Notes under the pieces: model-generated
The model's input: only the letters and a program-made list of their open reading frames with translations
The model's database searches: none
Told to the model about the DNA's origin: nothing
Assembly (NCBI GenBank): GCA_963674825.1
Contig: OY771587.1
Span: 2,368,001-2,432,000, forward strand
Direction: 5' to 3'
DNA from: Candidatus Cloacimonadales bacterium
Lineage (GTDB): Bacteria > Cloacimonadota > Cloacimonadia > Cloacimonadales > JAIOQZ01
Length of the DNA stretch: 64,000 nt
Position numbers and translations under genes: made by a program
Shown here: positions 29,658 through 39,179 of the stretch, piece by piece
Numbering within the stretch: position 1 is the first letter of the stretch
How the letters are laid out: each line of letters starts with the position of its first letter

Positions 29658-30518
29658 TCATGTTGTATGCTTTATTGCTGCACTTACAACATTCGCGATC
29701 AGTATTGCGGTCGTAACAGTTCCAACACCTTTTGGTACGGGTGTGATCATAGATGCAATTGTGCTTACGCCATCGTAATCCACATCACCGGTGTACCTTG
29801 TTCCGCCTTCTCCATCCGGTACTTCGTTTACGCCCACATCGATAACCACCGCATCCTTCTTCACCATCTCCGTTTTCACGAATTCGGCGACGCCTATTGC
29901 TGCGATGAGGATATCTGCCTGAGATGTGATCTCTGGTAGATTCTCCGTGCGGCTGTGACACACAGTCACTGTCGCGTTGGCGTATTCACGCTTGCGAAGC
30001 AACAGCAGCGCCAGCGGTTTACCTACGATATCGCTTCTACCCAGCACAACCACGTGTTTTCCGCTAACAGGAATCTTGTAAAAGCTCAGCATCTCCATCA
30101 CAGCAGCTGGTGTGCAGGGAAGGAAGCCTTCCCGATCCAGCAGCAGGTTTCCCAGGTTGAGCGGATGGAACGCATCCACATCTTTTTCGGGTGCGATTGC
30201 GATGGATAACGCCATGTCATCGATGTGACGCGGCAGTGGCTTCTGAACCATGATACCATGCACCCGAGGATCATTGTTGAGACGGTCTATGATCGATAGC
30301 AGTTGTTCCTGTGTAGTAGAATCGTCTTTCCGAAGGACATTTACGGTAACGCCTACTTTAGCGCCCTTTTTCTCGATATTTTCGACGTAAAACAGCGCGG
30401 CAGGATCTTCGCCTAGGATAACAACTGTCATCTGCGGCTGAAGGCCATGTTTCTCGATCCTCGCTTTGGCGTCGGTATAGATTTGCTTTGCGACAGGTAA
30501 TCCCTTGAGAATCTCCAT
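29658..30518 (-). CDS. folD: Methylene-THF dehydrogenase/cyclohydrolase
   Basis: HGIMVQ.PLP, KDVDAFH, PCTP, GRS.IVGKP, IDVGVN and TPVP.GVG..T motifs. Confidence 0.95.
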   Translation of the reverse strand: MEILKGLPVAKQIYTDAKARIEKHGLQPQMTVVILGEDPAALFYVENIEKKGAKVGVTVNVLRKDDSTTQEQLLSIIDRLNNDPRVHGIMVQKPLPRHIDDMALSIAIAPEKDVDAFHPLNLGNLLLDREGFLPCTPAAVMEMLSFYKIPVSGKHVVVLGRSDIVGKPLALLLLRKREYANATVTVCHSRTENLPEITSQADILIAAIGVAEFVKTEMVKKDAVVIDVGVNEVPDGEGGTRYTGDVDYDGVSTIASMITPVPKGVGTVTTAILIANVVSAAIKHTT

Positions 30519-30519
30519 G

Positions 30520-31299
30520 CTAAACAACACTCCTTCTAACACGCTGGATCGAAACGGCTTTCCCTGTACTGTCATCGATCTCGAAAACAACCGCGTTGAT
30601 CTGCAGCCCGGATTCGGCTACTTCGTACAGAACCGGCATTCCGGTGCGCATCTTTTCGAGGATGATTTCCTTCTTCACGCCGATAACCGAGTCGTGCGGA
30701 CCGGTCATACCCACATCGGTGATGTAAGCTGTTCCGTTCGGAAGAATTTCTTCATCCGCTGTCTGAATATGCGTATGGGTTCCCAGCACCGCTTGTATCT
30801 GGCCGTCGAAATAGAGTCCGAGCGCTCTTTTTTCGGCGGTCGATTCGGCGTGGAAATCCACGACAATCATATCCGATTCGCGTTGAAAGCCTGGTAATGC
30901 TCTGCTGAGCGACTGGAATGGCAGATCCGCGCCCGTCATGAACGCTTGCCCTACCAGCGTCAGGACGCAGATTCGTATTCCCCCCTTATCAATAATATAG
31001 TGGGAACTTCCGGCTGCGTCACATGGAAAATTGAGTGGTTTGACGATTCGTGGTTCGCTGTGCAGGTAATCGATCGACTGCTTGCGGTCCCAGAGGTGGT
31101 TTCCGCTGGTGAAAGCGTCGATCCCTATATCAAAAAGCGGCGAGGCGGTCTTTTGGGTCACGCCTCTGCCGGATGCGAGATTTTCGCAATTCATAATGCT
31201 GACGTCGATACGGAATTCATCCCGAAGCTTGTGAAGGTTGTTCATCACAACCCGTCTGCCCGGCTTACCGAAAACGTCTCCGAAAAACAGAAATCTCAT
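30520..31299 (-). CDS. ymdB: YmdB/TIGR00282 metallophosphoesterase
   Basis: GDVFGKPG, N.EN, GNH.WD, DFHAESTAEK, GTHTH.QTAD and TDVGMTG motifs. Confidence 0.93.
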   Translation of the reverse strand: MRFLFFGDVFGKPGRRVVMNNLHKLRDEFRIDVSIMNCENLASGRGVTQKTASPLFDIGIDAFTSGNHLWDRKQSIDYLHSEPRIVKPLNFPCDAAGSSHYIIDKGGIRICVLTLVGQAFMTGADLPFQSLSRALPGFQRESDMIVVDFHAESTAEKRALGLYFDGQIQAVLGTHTHIQTADEEILPNGTAYITDVGMTGPHDSVIGVKKEIILEKMRTGMPVLYEVAESGLQINAVVFEIDDSTGKAVSIQRVRRSVV

Positions 31300-31300
31300 C

Positions 31301-32869
31301 TTACTTCGCTACCGCCGTCTGACGCGTTTCCCGGATCACAACGACTTTGATCTGACCGGGGTATTGCATCTCTTTCTCGATCTTCTCAGCGATATCGGAT
31401 GCGATGAAAAGCGTCTTGTTGTCGTCAACCGAAACCGGATCGACGATGATACGTAGTTCTCGTCCTGCCTGGATGGCAAACGATTTATTCACACCTTCGA
31501 TGGTGCTGGCGATTTCTTCCAGCTTATCAAGGCGCTGCATGTAGGATTCGAGCATTTCGCGACGTGCGCCCGGCCTTGCGCCGGAGATCGCGTCGGCTGC
31601 TTGAACCAGTGCGGCATAGATGCTGCCCGGTTCAACTTCTTCGTGATGAGCTTCGATAGCGTTGACGATCAGCTTGCTTTCGCCGTTCTTACGGGCGATA
31701 GTAGCGCCGATGGAGGCGTGAGAGCCTTCCACTTCGTGATCGACAGCCTTACCGATATCGTGCAGGAATCCGGCACGACGGGCAAGTTCCTGATCAAGTC
31801 CAAGTTCAGCGGCGAGGATGCCGGCGACCCAAGCGGTCTCGATACTGTGCTGAAGCACGTTCTGGCCGTAGCTGGTACGATACTGCATGCGCCCAAGAAG
31901 TTTGATGATATTGGGTGAGATGTTGTGTACATTGACTTCAATACAAGCCTGCTCACCGATCTTGACGATGTTTTCGTCCATATCCTTACGAGTTTTTTCG
32001 AGGACTTCCTCGATGCGGCCTGGGTGGATTCTTCCGTCGAGTATAAGCTTTTCAAGCGCAATGCGGGATACTTCACGGCGTACCGGATCGAAACAGGAGA
32101 GAACCACCGCTTCGGGGGTGTCGTCGATAATCACGTCCACACCCGATGCCTTTTCGAATGCGCGGATATTACGGCCTTCGCGACCGATGATCCGGCCTTT
32201 CATCTCATCACCGGGTAGTGAAACAACCGCCACGGTTGATTCGGATACGTAATCGACAGCGATACGCTGGATGGCGTTGGCGATGAATCCGGCGGCTTCT
32301 CTACTGGCCTTGAGCTGTGCATCTTCGAGTATCTGCTTGACCTCACGCGCGGCGTTGTTGCGCGCCTGATCGATCAATCCATTTTCCAAACGCTGAACGG
32401 CTTCTTCACGCGTAAGCTGCGCGATTTCCATCAGCTTATCTTCCTGTTTCTGTACCAATTTGTCCAGCTCGGAGGAGCGTTCGTTGAGGCCTTCTTCTTT
32501 CTCTTTGATTCTCCGATCGAGCTTCTCGAGATTCTGCTCTTTTTTATCCAGTGCGTCCAGACGTTTGTCCAGGCTGGAGAGCCGTTCGTTGTAGCGGCGT
32601 TCCATGTCACGGAGCTCTTTCTGGCGCTCTGTGATGACATCCTCTTCTTTTTTCTTGATCTTATACCATTCGTCTTTGGCTTCGAGGATGGTTGTTTTCT
32701 TGATGGTTTCAGCTTCTTTTCTTGCGTCGGAAATGATGTGATCTGCTTCAGTTTGTGATTCGACGAGTTCCTGACGGATTTTTTTACGTTTTATGAAGTA
32801 GAGTACAAACACTACGAAAAGGGCAGCGATAAGACCGACAGCGAATGCGCCGATGTTTATCAGACTCAT
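31301..32869 (-). CDS. rny: Ribonuclease Y
   Basis: N-terminal TM and coiled coil; KH motif [15 protein letters not shown] motif LHDIGK; QAGRE. Confidence 0.97.
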   Translation of the reverse strand: MSLINIGAFAVGLIAALFVVFVLYFIKRKKIRQELVESQTEADHIISDARKEAETIKKTTILEAKDEWYKIKKKEEDVITERQKELRDMERRYNERLSSLDKRLDALDKKEQNLEKLDRRIKEKEEGLNERSSELDKLVQKQEDKLMEIAQLTREEAVQRLENGLIDQARNNAAREVKQILEDAQLKASREAAGFIANAIQRIAVDYVSESTVAVVSLPGDEMKGRIIGREGRNIRAFEKASGVDVIIDDTPEAVVLSCFDPVRREVSRIALEKLILDGRIHPGRIEEVLEKTRKDMDENIVKIGEQACIEVNVHNISPNIIKLLGRMQYRTSYGQNVLQHSIETAWVAGILAAELGLDQELARRAGFLHDIGKAVDHEVEGSHASIGATIARKNGESKLIVNAIEAHHEEVEPGSIYAALVQAADAISGARPGARREMLESYMQRLDKLEEIASTIEGVNKSFAIQAGRELRIIVDPVSVDDNKTLFIASDIAEKIEKEMQYPGQIKVVVIRETRQTAVAK

Positions 32870-32980
32870 TAATTACCTCTCTTTGGTCTATTTACGTACT
32901 CGCGAAGAGGATCCGCGAATAACGGATAAGTGGTTACGTTGCGCCATTTTACCTGAGGTAAACGGCACGCTATCTATAAA

Positions 32981-33147
32981 ACCCGCGATACCGTGTGAAA
33001 TATAGCACGCTGAACCCCACACAAGGTGGGTATCTACCTAATGTACTTTACGGATCCGGATCGTGTCCAGCTTGCGCGCCGTACAGGGCTCGATTCCCTC
33101 AACGTTTTTAGGTTCTTTTTGCATACCCCATCACGAATACCGCAGGC
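32981..33147 (-). ncRNA. ssrS: 6S RNA
   Basis: Minus strand CCTGCGGTATTCGTG..GAACC..GGGA..CCCACCTTG..GGGTTCA..CACGGTATCGCGGG with a terminal stem; located between zapA and rny. Confidence 0.85.
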
Positions 33148-33172
33148 AAATTATTCGAGAAAGACTGTATGA

Positions 33173-33451
33173 CTACGGCAGTGGATCTTCGGAAACGAAC
33201 GCCTTGATCATGTCGTTCAAACGATTCATCTCTTCCGCCAGGGCACTGTTCATTTCGCGTTCCTGGAAGTATTTTTCGGTGATGATCAAAGCTCCGAACA
33301 GGATCAGATTCGTGTGATCGGTGAATTCAATTTTTGATTGGATGTCTTCGAGCTGTGCATTCAAGAATTTCGCGTATTCACGGACCTTTTCCGGATTATC
33401 GCCCTTGATGCGAAGCTTTCGCCCGAATAATTCAATCTCGATTGGTTGCAT
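33173..33451 (-). CDS. zapA: Cell division protein ZapA
   Basis: IEIELFGRKLRI N-terminus and C-terminal coiled coil; pheT-zapA-rny synteny. Confidence 0.82.
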   Translation of the reverse strand: MQPIEIELFGRKLRIKGDNPEKVREYAKFLNAQLEDIQSKIEFTDHTNLILFGALIITEKYFQEREMNSALAEEMNRLNDMIKAFVSEDPLP

Positions 33452-33455
33452 GATA

Positions 33456-33776
33456 TTATAAATCTTCGATCTGGCTCAGGATGCTGTCGATGCGGCCAGT
33501 GGCATCTTTTGTGGTGTTCTCGTAGGATTCGATCTCCATCTTCATGACTTCGATGTCTTCTTTGAGGCTGTTGTTTTCTTCTTCACGCTGTGTGCAGAGC
33601 TGGGTCAGTTCGCGAAGTTGACCTTCGAGCCCCATGATGACTCGATTCCTGTCTGCCAATGTATTTTCCAGCTCGCCTTTCTGGTTTGTGAGCTGGCTGT
33701 TTTTTTCTTTCAGTTCCTGGTATTTGGTGATGAGCGCCTGGATTTTATTTTCAAGCTGATTGATCGGCTGATTCAT
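33456..33776 (-). CDS. ZapB-like coiled-coil protein
   Basis: LENKIQALITKY.ELKE.N and RIDSIL.QIE; entirely coiled coil; upstream of zapA. Confidence 0.65.
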   Translation of the reverse strand: MNQPINQLENKIQALITKYQELKEKNSQLTNQKGELENTLADRNRVIMGLEGQLRELTQLCTQREEENNSLKEDIEVMKMEIESYENTTKDATGRIDSILSQIEDL

Positions 33777-33779
33777 TGT

Positions 33780-36401
33780 TTACCTCATTTCAATATTGAA
33801 TTTCTGTTCCAGTATGGAGACAATCCTCGAGAATATTTTGTTTATCGTGTCGTCCGTCAAGGTTTTTGTGGAAGATTGGAAGCTGAGCTTGAACGCAAGG
33901 CTTCTGTAGCCTTCCTTAACCTGCTTTCCGGTAAACATATCGAACAATGACACATCTTTGATCATCTGAGGATTTACCTGCTGGATCGCTTTTGTAATTT
34001 CTTCTACAGAGTACAAGCTCTGTACCAGGATCGAGAGGTCGCGATAGACCGTCGGGAAACGGGAGATATCTGTGTACTGGATGCGGTGCTCATCCCAGTG
34101 TTTCAACAGGGTATCGATCCTGATTTCGAAGAGGAATATCTCTGGATCGAGATCGTAGGTCTTCGCAATCATGGGATCGAGGCGTCCGAACCAACCGGCT
34201 TCGTCTTTGCCGATGAGGATATCCGCTGCCTGGCCTTTCATGAGGTATGGCTGTGAGGATTCTCTTACTTGCGGCAATTCCAGTTCGGATGCTAATACGA
34301 GCTCTTCCACAACGCCTTTGACGTCAAAGAAGTCGATACTCTCGGCTTTGCTCTTCCAGTATCCGGGTTCACGCTGACCGATCATCAGTCCGCAGACCCA
34401 GGTCTCTTCCCGTGCGAGCTTCTCGTCTTTGCGGAAATATAGTTTGTTGAGTTCAAAAAGCTTCAGGTCGTGTTGCCCGTGATTAATGTTGTGCAGCGCG
34501 TTGCGCAGCAAGTTGGGCAGCAGGGACGTCTGCATATGGGCGAAGCGAGCGCCGATGGGGTTCAGGATATTGGCGGTTTCGCGGCGAACGTCTTCCTGCG
34601 CGATCTTGAGCTTGTCGAGATCTTCCGGATCGGCGAAAGGCCAGTTGATCGCTTCGAAGAATCCACGATCGACCAGGTAGTCCTCGATTCTGCGACGCAT
34701 GTAGAAGAGGTCGCGGTTTTGAATGTTCTGCAGAACAGCGCGAGTACCGACGTTGTTGTAACCCCAGATGCGGATGATTTCTTCGATTAGATCCGCTTCG
34801 CGAGTAATGTCTTTTCTGTAATGCGGGATACGGAAATAGAGGGTGTCATTTTCCTCTTTAATTTTCAAAATACTGAGTGATTCCAGGATTTCGATCATCC
34901 TGGCTGTGGGAATTTCCACATCCAGGAATTCTCTTGTCCGTTGCGGACGCAAGGAAACAACAGCCGGTTCCAGCGGGTTTGGATAGGAATCCAAAACGCC
35001 GTCGTAGAGTGTACCGCCGGCTGTTTGGAGAATTAACTGAACCGCGCGGTCGCTGGCGAGCATCGCGTTCTCATCGGAGATGTCACGCTCGAAGCGATAC
35101 GAGGAATCGGTGTTGATCTTGAGGCGGGTACCCGTTTTACGGACGGAGGAGTAAAGGAAGTTCGCGGCTTCGATCACGATGTCGGTCGTGGAATTGTCGA
35201 TCTGCGAATTCATACCGCCGATCACGCCGGCCAGTGCGATAGGCTTTTCTGCGTCGCAGATGACAAGGTCGTCGCTATTGAGCACGTGCTTTTCTTCGTC
35301 CAGCGCCTGGAACGGCTCGCCGTCACGGGCTGTGCGGACGATGATCTTGTGTCCGGCGATCTGTTTGTAGTCGAACGCGTGCAGCGGGTGGCCGAACTCC
35401 ATCATCACGTAGTTGGTAACATCGACGATGTTGTTGATCGGGCGAAGTCCCACCGATACGAGGTGCTTCTTGAGCCAGTCCGGAGATTCCTTTACAGTGA
35501 TGCCCTTGATGAATCGGGCAGTGTAGCGCGTGCATTTCTGCGGCGCTTTGTTTTCGAGCGACAGCACTTCCTGGATGCTCTGCCAAACTTCCTGCACAGA
35601 GCCGAAAGGTTTGAACTCGAACATCAGTTTTTCGAGGATATGCTTGCCGATCTTATTGACTTTAAGCAGACTTTTAAGAGTATCAAAACCGTGTTTTGTA
35701 CGGTAATCGAGGATAAAATCAGCTCGTTTTGGCCCAATCTCGGGGATAGTCAGAAGCTCTTCACGGGTGACGGTGCGAAGATCGAACTTCGGCACGTAAT
35801 CATGATGAAAGACTTTCGAAGCGCTGAGCGGCATCTCGGGCAGACGCACCGGGATGTTAAGGATCGCCGCCAGGTCACGCGCAACGCCGATCATGCCAAG
35901 CAAGTCGGAGCGGTTGGGCGTGATTTCCACATCGTAAACGATATCGCGCAGCCCGAAGTATTCGGGCAGGCTGGTTCCGATGGGGGCGTCTTCGGGTAGT
36001 TCCATGATGCCGTCGTGGTTGTCGGAGAGACCCATTTCGCGTTCGGAGCAGATCATGCCTTCTGATTCAACGCCGCGGATTTTCGCCTTTTTCAGCTTGA
36101 TTTCGCCGATCTGGGTTCCTACAGGTGCGAATGCGACAATCTGACCTGTGCGTGTGTTGGGTGCGCCGCAAACAACCTGTCGAACAGTTGTTCCGTCATC
36201 GACAGTACAGAGCGAGAGCTTGTCTGCATCAGGGTGCTGTTCACGAGTTACGATTTTTGCGACCACGATGTCTTTGAGCTCGTCGCCGAGATAGACCATT
36301 TCTTCCACTTCGATCCCCGCGAAGGTCATCTTTTCCTTCAGTTCCTCGGGGCTCAGTGTCAGATCGATGTATTGCTTCAACCAGTTATAGCTGATTTTCA
36401 T
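33780..36401 (-). CDS. pheT: Phenylalanine-tRNA ligase beta subunit with an inserted HhH domain
   Basis: HPDADKL, VCGAPN, TPNRSD, INNIVDVTNYVM.E.G.PLHAFD, SSYRFER, DLIEEI.RI.GY and RFP...RDL motifs. Confidence 0.97.
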   Translation of the reverse strand: MKISYNWLKQYIDLTLSPEELKEKMTFAGIEVEEMVYLGDELKDIVVAKIVTREQHPDADKLSLCTVDDGTTVRQVVCGAPNTRTGQIVAFAPVGTQIGEIKLKKAKIRGVESEGMICSEREMGLSDNHDGIMELPEDAPIGTSLPEYFGLRDIVYDVEITPNRSDLLGMIGVARDLAAILNIPVRLPEMPLSASKVFHHDYVPKFDLRTVTREELLTIPEIGPKRADFILDYRTKHGFDTLKSLLKVNKIGKHILEKLMFEFKPFGSVQEVWQSIQEVLSLENKAPQKCTRYTARFIKGITVKESPDWLKKHLVSVGLRPINNIVDVTNYVMMEFGHPLHAFDYKQIAGHKIIVRTARDGEPFQALDEEKHVLNSDDLVICDAEKPIALAGVIGGMNSQIDNSTTDIVIEAANFLYSSVRKTGTRLKINTDSSYRFERDISDENAMLASDRAVQLILQTAGGTLYDGVLDSYPNPLEPAVVSLRPQRTREFLDVEIPTARMIEILESLSILKIKEENDTLYFRIPHYRKDITREADLIEEIIRIWGYNNVGTRAVLQNIQNRDLFYMRRRIEDYLVDRGFFEAINWPFADPEDLDKLKIAQEDVRRETANILNPIGARFAHMQTSLLPNLLRNALHNINHGQHDLKLFELNKLYFRKDEKLAREETWVCGLMIGQREPGYWKSKAESIDFFDVKGVVEELVLASELELPQVRESSQPYLMKGQAADILIGKDEAGWFGRLDPMIAKTYDLDPEIFLFEIRIDTLLKHWDEHRIQYTDISRFPTVYRDLSILVQSLYSVEEITKAIQQVNPQMIKDVSLFDMFTGKQVKEGYRSLAFKLSFQSSTKTLTDDTINKIFSRIVSILEQKFNIEMR

Positions 36402-36472
36402 AAATTATCCGTCTGCTGGAAGTTGTGCTGATTCGCGTGTGCTTGTCAGCAGTGTAGTTAAACGTCAATGCC

Positions 36473-37492
36473 TTACCGGAACTGCCGCAGGAAACGAAGG
36501 TCGTTTTCGAACAGCATTCGCATATCTGGAATTTTGTACTTGAGCATGGCGATCCGCTCGATGCCCAATCCGAACGCATAGCCGGAATAGACTTCAGGAT
36601 CGATATCGCACATCTTCAATACGTTGGGGTCAACCATACCCGCGCCGCCCATTTCGAGCCAGCCGGTTCCCTTGCATAATGGGCAGCCTTTGCCTTCGCA
36701 GGCAACGCAGACAATATCCATCTCCGCGCTGGGCTCGGTGAAGGGGAAGAAATGCGGCCGGAAACGTGAGCTGATTTTATCGCTAAAAATGCGCTTTACG
36801 AACATATTCAGCATGTCGCGCAGATCGACGAAGGTGACGTTTTTATCTACCATGAGTGCTTCCACCTGGCTGAATGCTGGTGAATGGGTAGCGTCGTTGT
36901 CGTTGCGGTAGCAGCGTCCGGGTGAGATAATGCGGATGGGCGGCTTGTGGCTTTGCATCACGCGAATCTGCACGGTGGATGTCTGGGTACGCAAGAGTAC
37001 GTCATCTTCAATATAGAAGGTGTCCGAGAGGTTTCTCGCGGGGTGATCCTGCGGTGTGTTGAGCGCATCAAAGTTATGGTATTCATCTTCGATGTCGTAG
37101 GCTTCCGCGATTTCGAAACCGAGAGACATTGCGACATCTTCGATCAGCCGGGTCGCCATCTTGATGGGATGCAACGCACCTCTTCCGTGATGGCGTCCAG
37201 GCATCGTTATATCGATCTTTGATTCTTCCAGTGATTTGCGATACTGGAGATCCTGAATAGCACTTTCGCGTTCCTTCAGGATTGCTTCCAGTTTTTTCTT
37301 CGTCTGGTTAATGATCTGCCCGGCAGCCGGTTTTTCTTCTTTCGGAAGGCTTCCCAGCTGCTTGAGCAGGTCGGAGAGTTCGCTTTTCTTTCCCAGCCAT
37401 TTTGATTTGAGCATGTTCAAATCGTGCTGAGAGGTAGTTTGACCGATCTCCTCACTCGCCAGACTCAGTATAGCATCGAGTTTCTCTTTCAA
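36473..37492 (-). CDS. pheS: Phenylalanine-tRNA ligase alpha subunit
   Basis: NFDALN...HPAR, LLRTQTS, DATHSP.F.Q, FPFTEPS and AFGLGIER motifs; TTG start. Confidence 0.97.
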   Translation of the reverse strand: MKEKLDAILSLASEEIGQTTSQHDLNMLKSKWLGKKSELSDLLKQLGSLPKEEKPAAGQIINQTKKKLEAILKERESAIQDLQYRKSLEESKIDITMPGRHHGRGALHPIKMATRLIEDVAMSLGFEIAEAYDIEDEYHNFDALNTPQDHPARNLSDTFYIEDDVLLRTQTSTVQIRVMQSHKPPIRIISPGRCYRNDNDATHSPAFSQVEALMVDKNVTFVDLRDMLNMFVKRIFSDKISSRFRPHFFPFTEPSAEMDIVCVACEGKGCPLCKGTGWLEMGGAGMVDPNVLKMCDIDPEVYSGYAFGLGIERIAMLKYKIPDMRMLFENDLRFLRQFR

Positions 37493-37536
37493 GTTTCAAT
37501 CCTGTTTTGTTCAGGTTTGGTTCGGAATAATTCGAT

Positions 37537-37899
37537 TTATTCTGCTGGCTGGTTCTCTTTCACGACATCGCAAAGTTTTGCAAATGCATCCGGCTCGTGC
37601 ACAGCAAGGTGCGCCAGGGCTTTACGGTCGATGGTGATTTCCGCTGCGTGCAGACCATTGATGAAGCGGCTGTAGGAAAGGCCGTTCAGGCGAGCTGCTG
37701 CGTTGATACGGATGATCCAGAGACGACGGAAATCTCTCTTCCGAGCTTTACGATCTCTATAAGCGTACTGCCAACCTTTCTCCACTGCCTGACGGGCTGT
37801 GCGGTAGAGTTTACTGCGACCGCCGAAATAACCCTTCGCGGCTTTCAGGATCTTTTTCTTTCTTCTTTTTCCTGCTACATTGTTTACTGAACGTGGCAT
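37537..37899 (-). CDS. rplT: 50S ribosomal protein L20
   Basis: [30 protein letters not shown] and YSRFI motifs. Confidence 0.98.
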   Translation of the reverse strand: MPRSVNNVAGKRRKKKILKAAKGYFGGRSKLYRTARQAVEKGWQYAYRDRKARKRDFRRLWIIRINAAARLNGLSYSRFINGLHAAEITIDRKALAHLAVHEPDAFAKLCDVVKENQPAE

Positions 37900-37908
37900 T
37901 ATATCCTC

Positions 37909-38103
37909 CTATACGCCCATCATCTTCTTTATTCTCGGGGTATCGACCTTGGCGACGATCGTCGAAGATTTCAGCTCCCGTTTCAGTTTGCGGGTCTTTT
38001 TGGTCAGGATGTGACCATGATTCGCGTGATTTCTCTTCAGCTTGCCGGTGCCGGTGAGCTTGAAGCGTTTTGTCGCGCCACTTCTTGTTTTCAGTTTAGG
38101 CAT
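37909..38103 (-). CDS. rpmI: 50S ribosomal protein L35
   Basis: [21 protein letters not shown]...HILTKK. Confidence 0.97.
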   Translation of the reverse strand: MPKLKTRSGATKRFKLTGTGKLKRNHANHGHILTKKTRKLKRELKSSTIVAKVDTPRIKKMMGV

Positions 38104-38148
38104 TCTATCCTCCTATTCCATTATATCTATCGAATCTTTTGCCGACGG

Positions 38149-38745
38149 TTATTCTTCGAGATTTTCTTTTTCCCAATCTTCGATGATAGCGTCGATATCC
38201 TTCTTCGGCGAGACGATCAGAAAGATCGTGCGGCCTTCTGCATTAATATCGCGATCGACGTCGACAATTTCTTTTAAGTCTTCTTTGAGTTGATTCAGCA
38301 GTTCGTAGCCAAGCTCTTTGTGAGCCAGCTGTCTACCGCGGAAACGTACGGTCAGCTTGACCTTGTCGTGTCCCTTGAGGAATTTGACCGTGTTCTTCTT
38401 CTTGAAGTTATAGTCGTGCTCTTCGGTATTGGGGCCGAATTTGATCTCTTTGATCTGGACGGTATGCTGTTTTTTCTTCGCCTCGCGTGCACGGCGTTCT
38501 TTCTGATAGTAATACTTGCCGAACTCTAATATCCGGCAGACAGGTGGCTGAGCCTTCGGTGAAACTTCCACCAGATCCAGCCCTGCTTCCTCGGCTCGGC
38601 GCAGCGCATCGCGAGTGCTGACTACGCCAACCTGATTGCCGTCCTGATCGATCAGACGGACTTCTTTGGCGGTTATCTGACGATTGGTCCGCTCTTTTGG
38701 GACAATAGCCTTTGTCTTGGCTTTACCTTTTCGTATGCGTATTAT
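38149..38745 (-). CDS. infC: Translation initiation factor IF-3, probable ATA start
   Basis: EVRLID..G.Q.GV, LDLVEVSP..PPVCRI, KEIKF and FRGRQ motifs; GGAGG followed by in-frame ATA ATA with no nearby ATG. Confidence 0.93.
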   Translation of the reverse strand: MIRIRKGKAKTKAIVPKERTNRQITAKEVRLIDQDGNQVGVVSTRDALRRAEEAGLDLVEVSPKAQPPVCRILEFGKYYYQKERRAREAKKKQHTVQIKEIKFGPNTEEHDYNFKKKNTVKFLKGHDKVKLTVRFRGRQLAHKELGYELLNQLKEDLKEIVDVDRDINAEGRTIFLIVSPKKDIDAIIEDWEKENLEE

Positions 38746-38776
38746 TGGGCACCTCCAGGTTGCTTGGTTATCGCAC

Positions 38777-38915
38777 ATAAAAAAAGCAGGCGCATACAAT
38801 ACGCCTGCTTCGGATATATTTATGGTATATCACGCTAATTATTGACCTTACAGGTATCTCCCATCTTTCTCAGACGGTGCTAACGAACCGCAAGGTAGAA
38901 GCAGACGCTTCTTTT
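38777..38915 (-). promoter_or_regulatory. L20 leader (ribosomal protein autoregulatory attenuator)
   Basis: Minus strand AGAAGCgtctGCTTCT-ACCTT...AAGGT, then terminator aagcaggcg/cgcctgctt plus T tract; upstream of infC-rpmI-rplT. Confidence 0.8.
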
Positions 38916-39179
38916 ATTCTTTCTTCGGATGCCATAATCAGAATCGCTGTAAACACGTCAAGACTTTTTATTGCAGTTGATAATGACGTGGAAATATGAT
39001 GGGAATACGGATACCCCATTCACTCGGAAGATCATAAAATGTCGTTCTGTCTTGCTTTTTGAGGTTCTGCATTGTGGTTACGAAGGCAGAAAATATTGGA
39101 CAAACATGCTCCGATTAAATAAAGTTGGAAAATCTTGCGAAATCATCCGGTATCTGAATTTGAATCGGAAAGGAGCACC

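Noticed and set aside
36680..36715. CxxC...CxxC motif in PheS
   Set aside because: A common feature of many bacterial PheS proteins.
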